DNA of 64,000 nucleotides from an uncultured bacterium. GTDB lineage: Bacteria > Krumholzibacteriota > Krumholzibacteriia > Krumholzibacteriales > Krumholzibacteriaceae. The notes beneath the pieces were generated by a model that ran no database searches, was not told the DNA's origin, and was given only the letters and a program-made list of their open reading frames with translations. The stretch spans positions 69,048-133,047 of the forward strand of contig CAVVEY010000019.1 in the NCBI GenBank assembly GCA_963747385.1, written 5' to 3'. Below, one piece after another: positions 1-11,612 of the stretch. Positions within the stretch are counted from its first letter, which is position 1. Each line of letters begins with the position of its first letter. Both the position numbers and the translations under genes were made by a program.

Positions 1-746
1 CGGAGCGTCTTCATGTCCGCCCCGTCGCCGACGAGGACGAGCCGGGCGCCGTCCAGCACGTCCTTGTTCTCGATCAGCTTCGAAAGAAACGGAACGAGCC
101 CTTTCGGCTTCGAGAACCTGCCTACGAATCCATACACGAAATCGCCGGCTGCGTCGCGCTCGCGCGCGGCGGGCTCATCGACCGCCCCCCCGGCGCACTC
201 CATTTCATCGTCCCGCCCCGATGCGGCGCACTCCATTTCCAGCGCGTTGGAAACGATCGTCACCTTCGTCGCATCCGGGCGTTTGCCCGCTTTCATGAAG
301 CTGTCGTACACTCCCCTTCCGCACACGATGTTCATGTCGTACCGCGGCGCGAGAAATCGATCGATCGCGCTCAGGAGCCCCTTGTTCTTCTGCCAGCGCC
401 TGCATCCGTGCACGTGCGAGACGATCGCATAGCGGCGCCGGGCGAACGGGCGGCATACGAGCGCGAAGATGGAGGCCCTCGTCCCGTGCGCGTGGACTAT
501 ATCCACGTCGCACGTTCGCACGATCGCGGCGAACGCCGCCACGTTCCACGGATAGTACCTGTTCGCGTTCACGTCGAAGGCGTCGAGCCCCTCGTTCCGG
601 TATCTCCGCAGAAGCTCCCCGCCGTTGCAGAGAACGCGGACGTCGAACGAATCCCTGTTCAGGTTCCTGCAAATCTGCCCGGCGACCTTTTCGGCGCCGC
701 TGAAGCGGTCCGTCGAAAGCACGTGAAGCACGCTTATCTTCGCCAT
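1..746 (-). CDS. Glycosyltransferase family 4 (GT-B fold), N-terminal ~248 aa; C-terminus lies beyond the window start
   Basis: Manual reverse-strand translation from ATG at 744-746 gives MAKISVLHVLSTDRFSGAEKVAGQ... with no stop down to position 1. This is a typical GT4 N-terminal domain. It is absent from the ORF track because it runs off the edge. Confidence 0.75.
   Translation of the reverse strand, partial: MAKISVLHVLSTDRFSGAEKVAGQICRNLNRDSFDVRVLCNGGELLRRYRNEGLDAFDVNANRYYPWNVAAFAAIVRTCDVDIVHAHGTRASIFALVCRPFARRRYAIVSHVHGCRRWQKNKGLLSAIDRFLAPRYDMNIVCGRGVYDSFMKAGKRPDATKVTIVSNALEMECAASGRDDEMECAGGAVDEPAARERDAAGDFVYGFVGRFSKPKGLVPFLSKLIENKDVLDGARLVLVGDGADMKTL
191..239. repeat. 16-nt perfect direct repeat (cggcgcactccatttc) x2, spaced 33 nt, in-frame inside the GT4 gene
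   Basis: Copies at 191-206 and 224-239; they encode the duplicated peptide EMECA(A/G). Confidence 0.8.
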
Positions 747-756
747 GGGGCTCCCG

Positions 757-1816
757 CTATCCTTCCGCGCCCAGAATTTCTTCGATCTTCCTCGCCACCA
801 CCGGAATCGTGTAGTCGCGCTCTACGGCCGCATAACCGTTCGTCGCTATTCGGCGGCGCTTCGCTTCATCGACAATGAGCTCTTCGATGCATCCGATCCA
901 TTCTTCCGCGGTGTTCGCGAGATATCCGTTCTCCCCGTGTTTGATGACATAGGTGTTCTCGCCGACGCCGCTCGCGACCACGGGGATCCTCATCGCCATT
1001 GACTCAAGGGCCTTGAGCGCGCACTTCCCCCTCGTGTACGGGCTGTCGATCAGGGGCATGACGCTGACGTCGAATCCCTTCATCGCTTCGGGTATCGCCT
1101 CGAGAGCGATCCAATCGTCCTGTCCATAATCGATCCTGAGGCCGGCGACGTCCCGAAACGCTTTTCTGATTCTTTGCGAACCGAGCGAGCTGACCATCCT
1201 GAATACGACGCCATATTTGCTCGAAAGCGCCCGCAGCGGCTCCTTGATCAGCATCAGGCTCCGCAGGTGTATATCGCCGGCTCCGAGCCATCCGATTACA
1301 AATTCGTTCTTCGTCGCCGCGGCGCCGCCGGCCTCCGCGCGCGCGTGAAATATCTCCGTATTGACCGCGGTCGGCACGAGAAGCGCGTTCCCGTTCAGGT
1401 GCTTCGCGTATTCCAGGATATAATGGCTCCCCGCGAAAATATAATCCGACATTCTCGCTATCCGATCGAAACACGCGTACAGCGGATTCTTTCACGATCC
1501 ACACGCGTTTCTCGAAGATCGCGTCGTCCACGTCGAAAACGATCTTCGTTCCCCTGCGCTTCGCGTACAGGCACATCAGATAAATGCACACGTTGCTGGT
1601 TCTCTGAATGAACAGCAGATCCGCCGTCCCGATATCCCTGACGATCCCGACATAATCGAGGATACGCAGCAGCATCACCTTGCTTCTGCCGATGCTCACG
1701 CTCCTGCCGCAGTAGAGGCGGTAATCGGCGATTTTCAGATACGCGATCACGTCGAGCACCCGATGCTTCGTGCTCTGATTTCTCGCTTCGTTCTCGCAGA
1801 TGAACAGAATGTGTTT
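757..1816 (-). CDS. Glycosyltransferase family 4, frameshifted near 1455-1500 (N-domain in frame of ORF 1004..1888, C-domain in frame of ORF 757..1452)
   Basis: N-part KHILFICENE...DVDDAIFEKRVWIVKE. C-part has a GT4 EX7E-type motif (GENGYLANTAEEWIGCIEELIVDE). The two halves lie in different frames. Start is either TTG ~1816 or 1888. Confidence 0.6.
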
Positions 1817-1839
1817 CAATGCCGGCCCCTTGCTCGATT

Positions 1840-2442
1840 CTACGGCTTCGGAGCGGAAGGCAGGATTATCTCTTCGACGAGCCCGCACAGAATGTGACCG
1901 AGCGCTATGTGGAGCTCCTGGATGCGCGCGAAATCGTCATGCGGAACGACGACGGCGAGCTCGGCGCTTTCGGCGAGACGCCCGCCCCCCTTCCCCGAAA
2001 AGGCGAAGGCGTGCGCCCCGAGCGCGCGGGCGGTCTCGACCGCCCGGATCACGTTGGGCGAACCGCCGCTCGTCGAGAGCGCGAGAAGGACGTCTCCCCG
2101 GCGGGCCATGCTCTCGAGCTGGCGGGAAAATATCTCCTCGAAGGAGAAATCGTTGGCGAGCGAGGTCACGACGGTGCTGTTCGTCGTGAGCGCGTGGGCG
2201 CCGTATCCGCGTTTCTTGTGCCGGAATCGCCCGACGATCTCCCCCGCGATGTGCTGGGCGTCCGCGGCGGAGCCGCCGTTGCCGCACGTGAAGACGGTCC
2301 GGCCCTCGACGAGCGCGGCCGCTATCGTCTCGGCCATCCGGACGAGCTTGACCGCCTCGACGTCTGGAAACGCCTCGACGAGCCGCGCGAGGGCGCCGAG
2401 CTCGGAGCGGATCTGCTTCAGGTGCGTTTCGGTCTTCCCCAT
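1840..2442 (-). CDS. gmhA: D-sedoheptulose-7-phosphate isomerase (phosphoheptose isomerase, SIS domain)
   Basis: 200-aa protein with SIS-domain motifs (TCGNGGSAADAQH, LSTSGGSPNV). Size and sequence are typical of GmhA. Confidence 0.85.
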   Translation of the reverse strand: MGKTETHLKQIRSELGALARLVEAFPDVEAVKLVRMAETIAAALVEGRTVFTCGNGGSAADAQHIAGEIVGRFRHKKRGYGAHALTTNSTVVTSLANDFSFEEIFSRQLESMARRGDVLLALSTSGGSPNVIRAVETARALGAHAFAFSGKGGGRLAESAELAVVVPHDDFARIQELHIALGHILCGLVEEIILPSAPKP

Positions 2443-2449
2443 ACGGCCC

Positions 2450-3944
2450 CTATTGGTTGGAAAGAATGATGAGCGATATGACGAAGGTGCTGAGCTGTAT
2501 CGTGCCGCGGAAGAAATCGGCGAACAGCTTGTACCCCGATCTCTTCACCACGATGACGTCCCCGCCGTAGACGCGCGTGTCCCGCTTTGCGCTGCGCGAG
2601 CGCCCGTCCGGCGAATAGATGGTGACGCGATCCACGCTCCCGTCCCTCGTGGCGCCCCCCGCCAGCCCGATGTATTGCACGACGCTGAGATCGCCGCTGT
2701 ACGGGAACTCTCCCGGCTGGTTCACCTCGCCGCCGACGGTGACCTTCGTCGCGATATACGGGTATCGTGAGCTCGTCGCCGTTCTCGAGCGGAAGGTCCT
2801 TCGCCGGCTCGGGGGACAGATACTCCTTGAGGTCGAGCTTCACGACCGAGCTGCCCTTTCTCGCGAGGTACGCGGCGGTGAGGTCGGCCAACGGCTTGAA
2901 TCCGCCGGCGCGAACGATGAGGTTCGAGACCCCCTCTCCCCGCGCGAGCTCGAACTGCCCCGTTCGCATCGTCGCGCCCGATACCGTCACGTAGCGGCGG
3001 TCCTTCAATCCGTCGTAGACACCGATTTCGTCGCCGTCCCTGAGCGGCCGGTCGAGATGCGCTCTTGCCACGTTCGTCATCGTGACCTCGCCGAGGCTCG
3101 AAACCCGCTTCAAAAGAACGCTGTCCTCGATCGCCTCCGCCGCGAACCCGCCGGCGAGCGCGACGAGATCGGCGATCGTCTCGCCTTCGATGATCTCGTA
3201 GCCGCTCGGTTTGTGCACGCGGCCGGCTATGGCGGCGTGCCATTCGGCGGGCGGCACGTGGATGCGATCGCCGCTCCGCAGAAACGGGTTGTCCTTCAGG
3301 TCGCCCTGATCGAGAAAGCGGAAAAGATCGACCCGGATGGAGGCGCCGCCGCGACCGAGCGTGATAGCGCGCAGCGAACCGCCTTTCTTGACGCTCCCCG
3401 CCTTCTCGATCGCGTCGACGACCCGCTCGACGCCCGAAACGGCGACGACGCCGGGGTTCTCGACCTCGCCCGTGACGAAGACCCTGAAAAGAGCGGGCGT
3501 CTCGAGATAGCAGTAAAGCTCGATATTGCGGAAATATTTGTCGACCTCGGCCGCCAGCGCCCGCCGGAATTCGGTGAGCGTGAGACCGTCCGCGCGGATC
3601 GGACCGATCCCGGGAACGATAACGTCCCCCTCGGGGAGAACGCCGAGAACGTACGTGCGCGGCTCCATCCCCATGATGGTCATGGCGAGCCGGTCATAGG
3701 GCCCGAGAACGTAGCTGTCCGGATCGACCGCTTTCTCGAGCACCGGGATCTCCGAGGACATCTTGAAAAGTTTCTTCTGAGCCTCTTTCGCCGACTCCTC
3801 GGTCTCGTCCGAATTTCTCTCGACGGCGCTGCGCGACTTGCGTTTCGAATCGACGCTCTGCGCCGAGGCGGGCGCGGCCGCGAGACACGACAACGTCGCG
3901 GTCAGGAAGAAAGCGATCAGAACGGACGCTGCACATAATTTCAT
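2450..3944 (-). CDS. Polysaccharide export protein (Wza/SLBB family) with signal peptide; frameshift near 2735-2745
   Basis: Signal peptide MKLCAASVLIAFFLTATLSCLAA. The body ends ...DELTIPVYRDEG, then continues in another frame (ORF 2450..2725) as VTVGGEVNQPGEFPYSGDLSVVQYIGLAGG plus a C-terminal hydrophobic helix. The shift sits at the sequence gaaggtc. Confidence 0.7.
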
Positions 3945-3980
3945 ACCGTTACACCGCCGGTTAATTGTCCCACTGCCAGT

Positions 3981-6669
3981 CTAGCGCGAAACCATCTTTT
4001 TAACAATACCGGGGAGAGCCTCGAACACCTTGCTCTCGCTCGCGAGATCTTTCGTGCCGAGCTGGGCGAGGTGCTTCTTGCCGCCCCCGCCTCCCCCGGC
4101 TATCGGCCCGAGCTCCTTCACGAGCGCATCCGCGCCCACGCCCCGGGCCTCGAGAAGATCGTCGCTCACCGCGACGATGAACTGCATCTTCTCGTTGAGC
4201 TCCGCCGAGAACACGGCGATCCCGTCCTTCACCTTTCCCCGAAAGACATCCGCCTGGTTCCGAAGGGCTCCGATATCGTTCACGGCGAGCCGCCCGGAGG
4301 CGACGAGAATCCCCTCGACGCGAACCCCGCTCTTGACGATGCGATCGAGCTCCTGCGCCGCCTCCCCGCTCTCCGCGCGCTTGAGATCCTTGCGGGCCGA
4401 GTCCATCTCCGCGAGGAGCGATCTGACGCGTCCGACCGCCTCGCCGCGCGAGCCCCTGAGCATCTCGGCGATCTCGTCGGTCTGATCGGCGAGCGCGTGT
4501 ACGCCGGCAAGCGCGCCCGCGCCGGTCACGGCCTCGATCCTGCGCACGCCGGCCGCGACCCCGCTCTCCGACGAGACGAGGAACAGTCCGATCTGGCCCG
4601 TATTGAAGAGATGGGTCCCGCCGCAGAGCTCGGCCGACACGTCGTCGATCCGCACGACGCGGACCTCGGCGCCGTATTTCTCGCCGAAGAGGGCTGTGAC
4701 GCCCTTGTCGACCGCTTCCTGATAGCCCATCGACGCCGTTCGCACTTCCATGCAATCGCGCACCCACCCGTTCACCCGCTCCTCGATCTTCCTGAGAGCG
4801 TCTCGCGGCACGGCCTGGAAATGATTGAAATCGAATCTCAGGCGCTCTCCGTCGACGAGGGATCCCGCCTGCGCGACGTGGCGCCCGACGATCTCGCGGA
4901 GCGCCGCGTGAAGGAGATGCGTCGCCGTGTGATTCCGCGCGATCGCGAGCCTCCGCTCGTCGTCCACCTGCACGCGCACGCGCTGCTCGGAAATAAGCTT
5001 GTGTCTCGCGTCCTCCTCGCGCCAGGGGGATTCGACGAGGTGCACGATCTCGCCCCCGCGCTTGAATACGTCCCTGATCGCGAGCCGATTGCCGGCGAGC
5101 TCGATATAGCCGTCGTCGGCGACCTGCCCTCCGGATGTCGCATAGAACGGGGTTTCGTCCAGGATGAGCTCGAGGGCGAATCCCCCGGGGTCGCTCCATT
5201 CGAGATCCTCCCGCGAGGCGCGCTCGATCTGCCGCCAGCTCCGGATGATCGCCTCGCCGCCGAGGCTCTCGTATCCGGTGAACTCGGAGCTATTCCCCTG
5301 CGAGATCTCGTTCATCGAAACGATGCTCTGGCCCTCTCCCGCGAAGGAGCTCCCCTCCTGCGCGCGCTGGCGCTGCTCCGCCATGGCCGCCTCGAAGCCC
5401 TGTTCGTCCACCGCGAGACCCTCGGCGGCCGCGAGCGTCTTCGTGAGATCGAGCGGGAAGCCGTAGGTGTCGTGGAGGAGAAACGCCTTCTCGCCGTCGA
5501 GCACCGAGGCGCCCGATTCCTTCGCGTCCCGCGCGATCGAGATGAAACGCGCTTTGCCGTCCGCGAGCGTCCTGAAGAAGCTCTCCTCCTCGCCGCGCAC
5601 GATCGCCGCGACGTCCGCGCGCCGATCCACGAGCTCCGGATAATCTTCTTTCATCGTCGCGACGACGACGTCGACGAGCCGGTAGAGAAACGGCTCGACG
5701 ATGCCGTACGAATAGAATCTCGTGAGCGCGCGGCGAAGGAGGCGCCGGAGAAGATAGCCGCGGCCCTCGTTCGACGGGTAGATCCCCTCGGAAATCGTGA
5801 AGGTGAGAGCGCGCGCGTGGTCCGCGACCATATTGATTCCCATGCGGTCCTCGAACGTGATCGGTATACCCTCGGGAACCATATCGAGGAGCTCCTCGAC
5901 GACGGGGTGAAAGAGATCGGTGTGAAAATTATCCTCGACTCCCTGGAGGATCATCGCGAGCCGCTCGAGGCCGAGCCCCGTATCGATGCCGGGCTTCTCG
6001 AGAAGCTGATACACGCCCTTCTCGTCGAAGAAGAATTGCGGGAAGACGAGATTCCAGAACTCGAGGTACCGGTCGCAGTCGCAGCCGGTCGCGCACGCGG
6101 GCTTGCCGCAGCCCCTCTCGGGGCCGCTGTCGTAATAGATCTCGGAGCAGGGCCCGCAGATGCCGGTCTTCCCGACGGGGCCCCAGAAGTTGTCCTTCCG
6201 TCCGAGCCGCACGATCTTCGAGGCGGGGATTCCGATTTCCTTATTCCAGATCGCGTACGCCTCGTCGTCGTCCTCGAAGACGCTCACGGAGAGCTTCTCG
6301 GGCGAGAGCTTCAGGCGCTGGATGACGAACTCCCACGCCCACTCGATCGCCTCGCGCTTGAAGTAATCGCCGAAGCTGAAGTTCCCGAGCATCTCGAAGA
6401 ACGTGTGATGGCGGAGCGTTTTGCCCGACGCTCTCGAGATCGCCCGCCCGCAGGCACTTCTGCACGCTGGCCGCCCTCGTGTAGGGGAGATTCACCGGGT
6501 GCTGGTAGAGCTCCTTGAACTGCACCATGCCCGCGGAGGTGAACAGAAGCGTGGGATCGCCCTTGGGGACGAGCGGCGCGCTCGGGACCTCGGTGTGCCC
6601 GCGCGCGACGAAGAACTCGATGAACTCGCGCCGTATTCTATGCGCCGGCCATTGACTATTCGCCATCAT
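3981..6669 (-). CDS. alaS: Alanine--tRNA ligase, interrupted by a 1-nt indel in a G-run near 6395-6405
   Basis: N-terminal ORF 6241..6669 reads ...[12 protein letters not shown]...[12 protein letters not shown], then falls out of frame. The main ORF 3981..6392 resumes in another frame ([21 protein letters not shown]) and continues through the editing and C-terminal domains (HTATHLL, CGGTHL). The correct junction requires ggg->gg. Confidence 0.85.
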
Positions 6670-7360
6670 CTTCTCCCGGAAACGTACCTTTCAGGATTTT
6701 CGAGCAAATCGCGCTCACGACGCTCTCGCTGAAGCCGCGGCGCGCGAGAAACCCGTGCACCCGCCGCACCGCCTTGATTCTGTCGGTCGCGCCCCTGAGC
6801 TTCTTGCGGGCGAGCGCCTCGGCGAGCTCCCGCTCGCGCTCGGGCGGCAGGGCCTCGCGGATCTCCTCTTCGATAATCTCCTCGCTCACGCCCGCCTTGC
6901 GGAGCTTCCTCCGCGCGAGGTGCGGCCCGCCCGGCCTGTGCCTGGCCGCGAACCGCATAAAACCGGCCGCGAGGCGCCGGTCGTCGAGATAACCCTGACG
7001 CCGGAGGGTCTCGACGATTTCCGCGACAACCTCCGGCGTCCGTATTCCTTCTGCGCCGAGAGCGGCGCGAATCTCGTGCTCCGTACGATCGCGCATGGCG
7101 AGGAGCCGGTACGCGAGCGCGAGTCCCGCCGTCCGCGCGGCCGGGCCGACGAGCGTCTCGAGCGCCTCGCCGTCGAGCTCGGCCCCGGCCTTGAGAAACT
7201 GCGCGGTCGAGGGGTCCTTCAGCACGAGAAAGCTCGACCCGTTCGTCGTCGTTACGGTGTAGAGCTTGCCCCGGCGGCGACGCACGCTCTCGACGACGTC
7301 GGCGCCGCCGGCGCCATTGGCGCCATGAACGCCGCCCGCGTCCTTCGGATCATTTCCCAC
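6656..7360 (-). CDS. recX: Recombination regulator RecX
   Basis: Lies immediately downstream of recA. Helical, Arg/Glu-rich three-repeat protein ([28 protein letters not shown]). Confidence 0.75.
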   Translation of the reverse strand: MGNDPKDAGGVHGANGAGGADVVESVRRRRGKLYTVTTTNGSSFLVLKDPSTAQFLKAGAELDGEALETLVGPAARTAGLALAYRLLAMRDRTEHEIRAALGAEGIRTPEVVAEIVETLRRQGYLDDRRLAAGFMRFAARHRPGGPHLARRKLRKAGVSEEIIEEEIREALPPERERELAEALARKKLRGATDRIKAVRRVHGFLARRGFSESVVSAICSKILKGTFPGEDDGE

Positions 7361-8456
7361 TTTCCGGCTTCGTTCCCGCCGACGGCATCGGCAGTCCGTA
7401 GTGGGCGCGCACGCTCTGCTCTATCTTCTTGCGAATGTCCTTGTTCTCCTTGAGGAACATCCGCGCGTTGTCCTTGCCCTGTCCGATCCGCTCTTCGCCG
7501 AACGAGTACCAGCTCCCCGTCTTCGTGACGATGTTCGACGAGACGCCGAGCTCGACGAGATCTCCCTCGAAGCTGATCCCCTCGCCGAACAGAATCTCGA
7601 ACTCGGCCTGGCGGAAGGGCGGCGCCACCTTGTTCTTCACGACCTTGACGCGCGTCTGGTTCCCGATCACCGCGTCGCCGTCCGTGATCTGGCCGGTTCT
7701 CCTGATGTCGAGGCGGATCGTCGCGTAGAACTTGAGCGCGTTCCCGCCGGTCGTCGTCTCGGGATTCCCGTAGAGGACCCCGATCTTCATGCGGATCTGG
7801 TTCGTGAAAATCAGACACGTCTTCGATTTCGACACGGCGCCGGCGAGCTTGCGGAGCGCCTGCGACATGAGGCGCGCCTGGAGCCCGACGTGCGAATCCC
7901 CCATCTCCCCTTCGATCTCCGCGGCAGGAACGAGCGCGGCGACCGAATCGACCACGACGATGTCGATCGCGCTCGAGCGGATGAGGACCTCGGCGATATC
8001 GAGCGCCTGCTCCCCCGTATCGGGCTGCGAGATGAGGATGTTGTCGACGTCGACGCCGATCTTGCGGGCGTAGCCCAGATCGAGCGCGTGCTCCGCGTCG
8101 ATGAACGCGGCGACGCCCCCGAGCTTCTGCGCCTGCGCGACGATCGACAGTGTCAGGGTCGTCTTTCCGGAACCCTCCGGCCCGTATATCTCGATAATGC
8201 GGCCGCGCGGCACGCCGCCGATGCCGAGCGCGACGTCGAGGCTCATGCTCCCCGTCGGGATGGCCTCGACCGGAACGATCGCGCCGTCCGCCCCGAGGCG
8301 CATGATGGCGCCCTTGCCGAACTGCTTCTCGATCTGCCCCATGGCGAGCTCGATCGCCTTTTCCTTGTTCGTTGCCCCCTCGGCCGGCTTCGCTGTTTTC
8401 TTCGCTTCTTTCGGTTCTTTCATTTCTTTCGTCTCTTTCATTGCTCGTCCTCCCAC
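7350..8456 (-). CDS. recA: Recombinase RecA (with short Lys-rich N-terminal extension; start may be an internal Met)
   Basis: Walker [10 protein letters not shown], plus L1/L2 loop regions and a canonical RecA core. Confidence 0.95.
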   Translation of the reverse strand: MGGRAMKETKEMKEPKEAKKTAKPAEGATNKEKAIELAMGQIEKQFGKGAIMRLGADGAIVPVEAIPTGSMSLDVALGIGGVPRGRIIEIYGPEGSGKTTLTLSIVAQAQKLGGVAAFIDAEHALDLGYARKIGVDVDNILISQPDTGEQALDIAEVLIRSSAIDIVVVDSVAALVPAAEIEGEMGDSHVGLQARLMSQALRKLAGAVSKSKTCLIFTNQIRMKIGVLYGNPETTTGGNALKFYATIRLDIRRTGQITDGDAVIGNQTRVKVVKNKVAPPFRQAEFEILFGEGISFEGDLVELGVSSNIVTKTGSWYSFGEERIGQGKDNARMFLKENKDIRKKIEQSVRAHYGLPMPSAGTKPESGK

Positions 8457-8589
8457 ATCATCCTCCCCGCCTCACGTGACGTCGCCGATTTATGCGCCTG
8501 CGCCGGCCAACGAACACACCACCTCCCGTGCCCCCGCGCGCGCGGCGCCAGTGCCTTTTTATAGCACCTCAATACACTTATTTCAATGA

Positions 8590-8627
8590 AATTCAGGGGA
8601 AGGGGCGCCCCCCTCCGAGGGCGCCCC
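8590..8627 (-). terminator. Putative intrinsic terminator downstream of the FadL-like gene
   Basis: 9-bp GC stem GGGGCGCCC (8602-8610) pairs with GGGCGCCCC (8619-8627), with an 8-nt loop. On the minus strand it is followed by UGAAUUUCAUUG. Confidence 0.45.
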
Positions 8628-8637
8628 ACAGGCGGGG

Positions 8638-10134
8638 CTAGAACTGGTATCCCAGCATTACCATCCAGTTGAGCTGGCCGTGTTCGGATTCCACCTGGGG
8701 AATCGTCGAGCCGTTGCCGGGGTTCGTGGCGTTCTTCGTGAAGGCGTAGGCGAACGAGGCGTCCCCCGACACGGCGTCGGTGATCCTGTAGCCCGCGCCG
8801 AAGGTCGCGTGGCTCTCGACGATCGCCGGGAAGAGCGCGTTCAAATACTTATCGGGGACAGGATTCTTGCCGTAGTTGTAGCCGGCGCGCACGGTGAGCT
8901 TGTCCGTCGCCTCGACCGCGCCGCCGACGGCGACGACCGCCTGATTCTCCCACTTCTGGAAGAGGGTCGCGTCCAGCACGAGCCCGGCGAAGGCGCCGTT
9001 ATCCGCGCTCTCGTCTGCGGTGAAGACCATTCTGAAATCCTTCATGACGCTCGACCAGTACACGTACTTGAAGTCGAGGGCGAGGAGCACGCGCTCGACC
9101 GGCTTGTACGCGACTCCCGCGCCCAGCATCGCCGGCCACTCGAAGTCCCTGACCGCGATCGTGCCGGTCACGGGGATATTCATATCCTGGTACGTCCCGG
9201 TCGGCGTGCCGACGAAGACGCCCGGATCGACGTTGACGCCCATCGAGAGGGTCGCGTTTTCGGTCTCGAGATCGCCGAGGCTCGTCTTCGTGTGATACGT
9301 GGCGCCGAGCGAGAGCCGCTCGTTCACCTCGTAGAGCGCGCCGATCTTGCCGGCGACACCGTAGCCCCTCGCCTCGCCGGTGAAGGCGCTCGCGTTGGAA
9401 AAATCGAAATATGCGTGATAGAGCTTGCTGATCCCCATGCCGCCGAAGGGCTCGTAGAGCGAGCCGAACGCGGTCACGAGCGTGCCCGAGGCGGTGCCGA
9501 TCGTCTGCGCCATGGGGTTTGCGAGATTCTGGAACTGCGGCTCGCTCATCGCCATCTGAAGATCCATCCCGGCCCATACGAAATCCCCCGTGAGCCCGAG
9601 GGTGAGCTTCTCGTTCACGTCGTAGGTGACGGGCACCATGACGCGGCCGACGCCGACCTCGGAGCGATTGACGAGACCTTTCTCGAGCGCGGTGTTCGTC
9701 CCCTGACTCGGATCGGCCATCCATGAGCCGCTGCCGTACTCGGTGCCCATGCCCCCCTGGCTGAACACGGCGAGCCCGAAGGCGAAGGCGTCTTTCTTCA
9801 TCACGAAGCCGAGGGCCGGCATGTAGAACGCGGTGCTCGAGGAGATGGCTCCCATCGCGCCGCCGGGCGTCGTGACGATCGCCTCGACGTCGGGGCCGAG
9901 GCTTCCGAGCGCGAGGTCGAGGTGCATCCCGTTCGTCAGGAGGCCGAGGGTGGCCGGGTTGTTCATGACGGCGGCGGTGCCGTTCCAGAAGGCGAACGAC
10001 GTTCCGCCCATGCCGACCGACATCGGCCCGTAGCCTTCGAGGTTCATGCCGTTCGTGGCGAATGCCCCCGGACTCAGGACGGCAAGGACGAAGAGCGCCG
10101 CGGCGGCGCGGGTCATAATGGCTCTGAAAGACAT
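8638..10134 (-). CDS. Outer-membrane long-chain fatty acid / hydrophobic compound transporter (FadL/OmpP1/TodX family)
   Basis: Signal peptide MSFRAIMTRAAAALFVLAVLSPGAFA (Met at 10134). Gly/aromatic-rich beta-strand pattern and C-terminal ...MLGYQF typical of OM beta-barrels. Confidence 0.75.
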   Translation of the reverse strand: MSFRAIMTRAAAALFVLAVLSPGAFATNGMNLEGYGPMSVGMGGTSFAFWNGTAAVMNNPATLGLLTNGMHLDLALGSLGPDVEAIVTTPGGAMGAISSSTAFYMPALGFVMKKDAFAFGLAVFSQGGMGTEYGSGSWMADPSQGTNTALEKGLVNRSEVGVGRVMVPVTYDVNEKLTLGLTGDFVWAGMDLQMAMSEPQFQNLANPMAQTIGTASGTLVTAFGSLYEPFGGMGISKLYHAYFDFSNASAFTGEARGYGVAGKIGALYEVNERLSLGATYHTKTSLGDLETENATLSMGVNVDPGVFVGTPTGTYQDMNIPVTGTIAVRDFEWPAMLGAGVAYKPVERVLLALDFKYVYWSSVMKDFRMVFTADESADNGAFAGLVLDATLFQKWENQAVVAVGGAVEATDKLTVRAGYNYGKNPVPDKYLNALFPAIVESHATFGAGYRITDAVSGDASFAYAFTKNATNPGNGSTIPQVESEHGQLNWMVMLGYQF

Positions 10135-10223
10135 GGCAGCTCCTTTCGGAAAAGGGTTCATTACGGAACATACACCCAAGCGGCGATCTTATTTAAAATA
10201 ATTATTGGGCGGACGCGCCGGCG

Positions 10224-10832
10224 TCACGCTCTTGGCGAGCTCAGCAGGGCGAGAACCTCGTCCGTGCCGAGCACCTTCGCATACGTACCGTCGAGAGCGG
10301 CGAGAAACGCCGCGTGCACGTCGGGAGCGGCGACGGTGCGGCCCTCGTGGACGAGGGCTTTCGCCGCGCAGGCGTCCCCGGCGACGACGCACTCGAACCC
10401 GTAATCGCACGCGGCGCGCACGGTGGCATCGACGCACATGTGCGTCATCATCCCGCATATGACGAGGCGGGCGACGTGCAAGAGCCCGAGCTGGACGAGG
10501 AGCTGCTTGTCGCGGAAGGCGTTTGGATAATGCTTCTGCAGAACGAGCTCGCCGGAGATCGGCGCCACGCTCTCGTGGATCCGCACGCCGTCCGTATCCG
10601 GCAGGAAGTATGTCGCGCCGGGACGCGTCGAGACGTGCTGAATATGAACGATCGGAAGCTCCATCCGCCGGCACAGGGCGAGGAGCTCTTCCGCGCGCCG
10701 AGCCGCCTCCACGCTTCCCTCGAGAGCGTTCTTTCCGCCGGGGAAGTAGTCGTTCTGGATATCGACGAGGAGGAGCGCGGTCTCATAAGGGACGGGCTTA
10801 TCTCCGGGGCCGATGAATGGCGTTTCGCTCAT
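10224..10832 (-). CDS. Cysteine hydrolase / isochorismatase-family protein
   Basis: LLLVDIQNDYFPGG at the N-terminus and catalytic region VICGMMTHMCVDATVRAA. Confidence 0.8.
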   Translation of the reverse strand: MSETPFIGPGDKPVPYETALLLVDIQNDYFPGGKNALEGSVEAARRAEELLALCRRMELPIVHIQHVSTRPGATYFLPDTDGVRIHESVAPISGELVLQKHYPNAFRDKQLLVQLGLLHVARLVICGMMTHMCVDATVRAACDYGFECVVAGDACAAKALVHEGRTVAAPDVHAAFLAALDGTYAKVLGTDEVLALLSSPRA

Positions 10833-10876
10833 GTGAAATCACGGATCCTTTCTTATGGCTGACATGGCATTCGCTG

Positions 10877-11533
10877 CTAGAACCAGTACACGAGCCGCAA
10901 ACCGTACTGAATGTAAGTGCGGCTAGTCCAGATCAGCACCTTTCCACGCTCATTGAGGGCAGTGGGATTTTCCGTCGCGTTAGGTCCTTCGATGTATGCC
11001 ATGAGATCGAAGCGCTCGGATACCGAATACCGCAGGCCGCCTCCGTAATCGTAGCAGAACGACCATGATTCATACACATTGTCGGTCAAGCCTTCCACAC
11101 TGAACGTTTCGGTCACTTGCGTCCTGAGCGCTCCGCAACCGACCCTGATGAAGGGCCCAAATCTCCCGGGTGAGGATACGTAGCCCCATAGCACCACCGG
11201 AATCACATATCCATGTGCCTCGGCTGTTCCCCAGAGATCCTCGGGGTCTCCTTCCTCCGTGATTCGGAGCTGAATCTCATTGATTTCGACAGCTATTCCA
11301 ACCGGCGATGAGTATATGCTCCCGACATCATACTTAAGCCCGATACCAAAGAAGGGGGTCGTTTCAAAGACGCCATACTTGTTCACATGCTCATACCACC
11401 AATCGCTTGATTTGTGAAACAAGCCGGCGTTGATGTAGACTCCGAGCCGATTTTCCTGTGGCGCGTTCTCAGCATGCGCACCCGCGAATCCGGCAACGGA
11501 CAAGAGCACGAGCATTATAAGGCACCTTCTCAC
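10877..11533 (-). CDS. Outer membrane beta-barrel protein (OmpW/OmpA-like small barrel), signal peptide
   Basis: MRRCLIMLVLLSVAGFAGAHA signal peptide, alternating beta pattern, C-terminal ...LRLVYWF. Local GC is lower than the surroundings. Confidence 0.55.
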   Translation of the reverse strand: MRRCLIMLVLLSVAGFAGAHAENAPQENRLGVYINAGLFHKSSDWWYEHVNKYGVFETTPFFGIGLKYDVGSIYSSPVGIAVEINEIQLRITEEGDPEDLWGTAEAHGYVIPVVLWGYVSSPGRFGPFIRVGCGALRTQVTETFSVEGLTDNVYESWSFCYDYGGGLRYSVSERFDLMAYIEGPNATENPTALNERGKVLIWTSRTYIQYGLRLVYWF

Positions 11534-11612
11534 CTATCTTGCCTCCCGGTGTTTAAATATGCCACGAGCAGCATGCCCGCCTTTGCCGAATGCGCGCGGT
11601 GAAGTTGCGCCT

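Noticed and set aside
4000-5199. 399-aa minus-strand ORF, extremely Arg/Gly-rich
   Set aside because: Alternative frame inside alaS (real frame is ORF 3981..6392). Composition is typical of an off-frame read in GC-rich coding DNA.
4071-6518. 815-aa plus-strand ORF
   Set aside because: Antisense to alaS. The translation is Arg/Ala/Leu/Glu-rich with no recognisable motifs. This is a typical long spurious ORF in high-GC DNA lacking stop codons on the non-coding strand.
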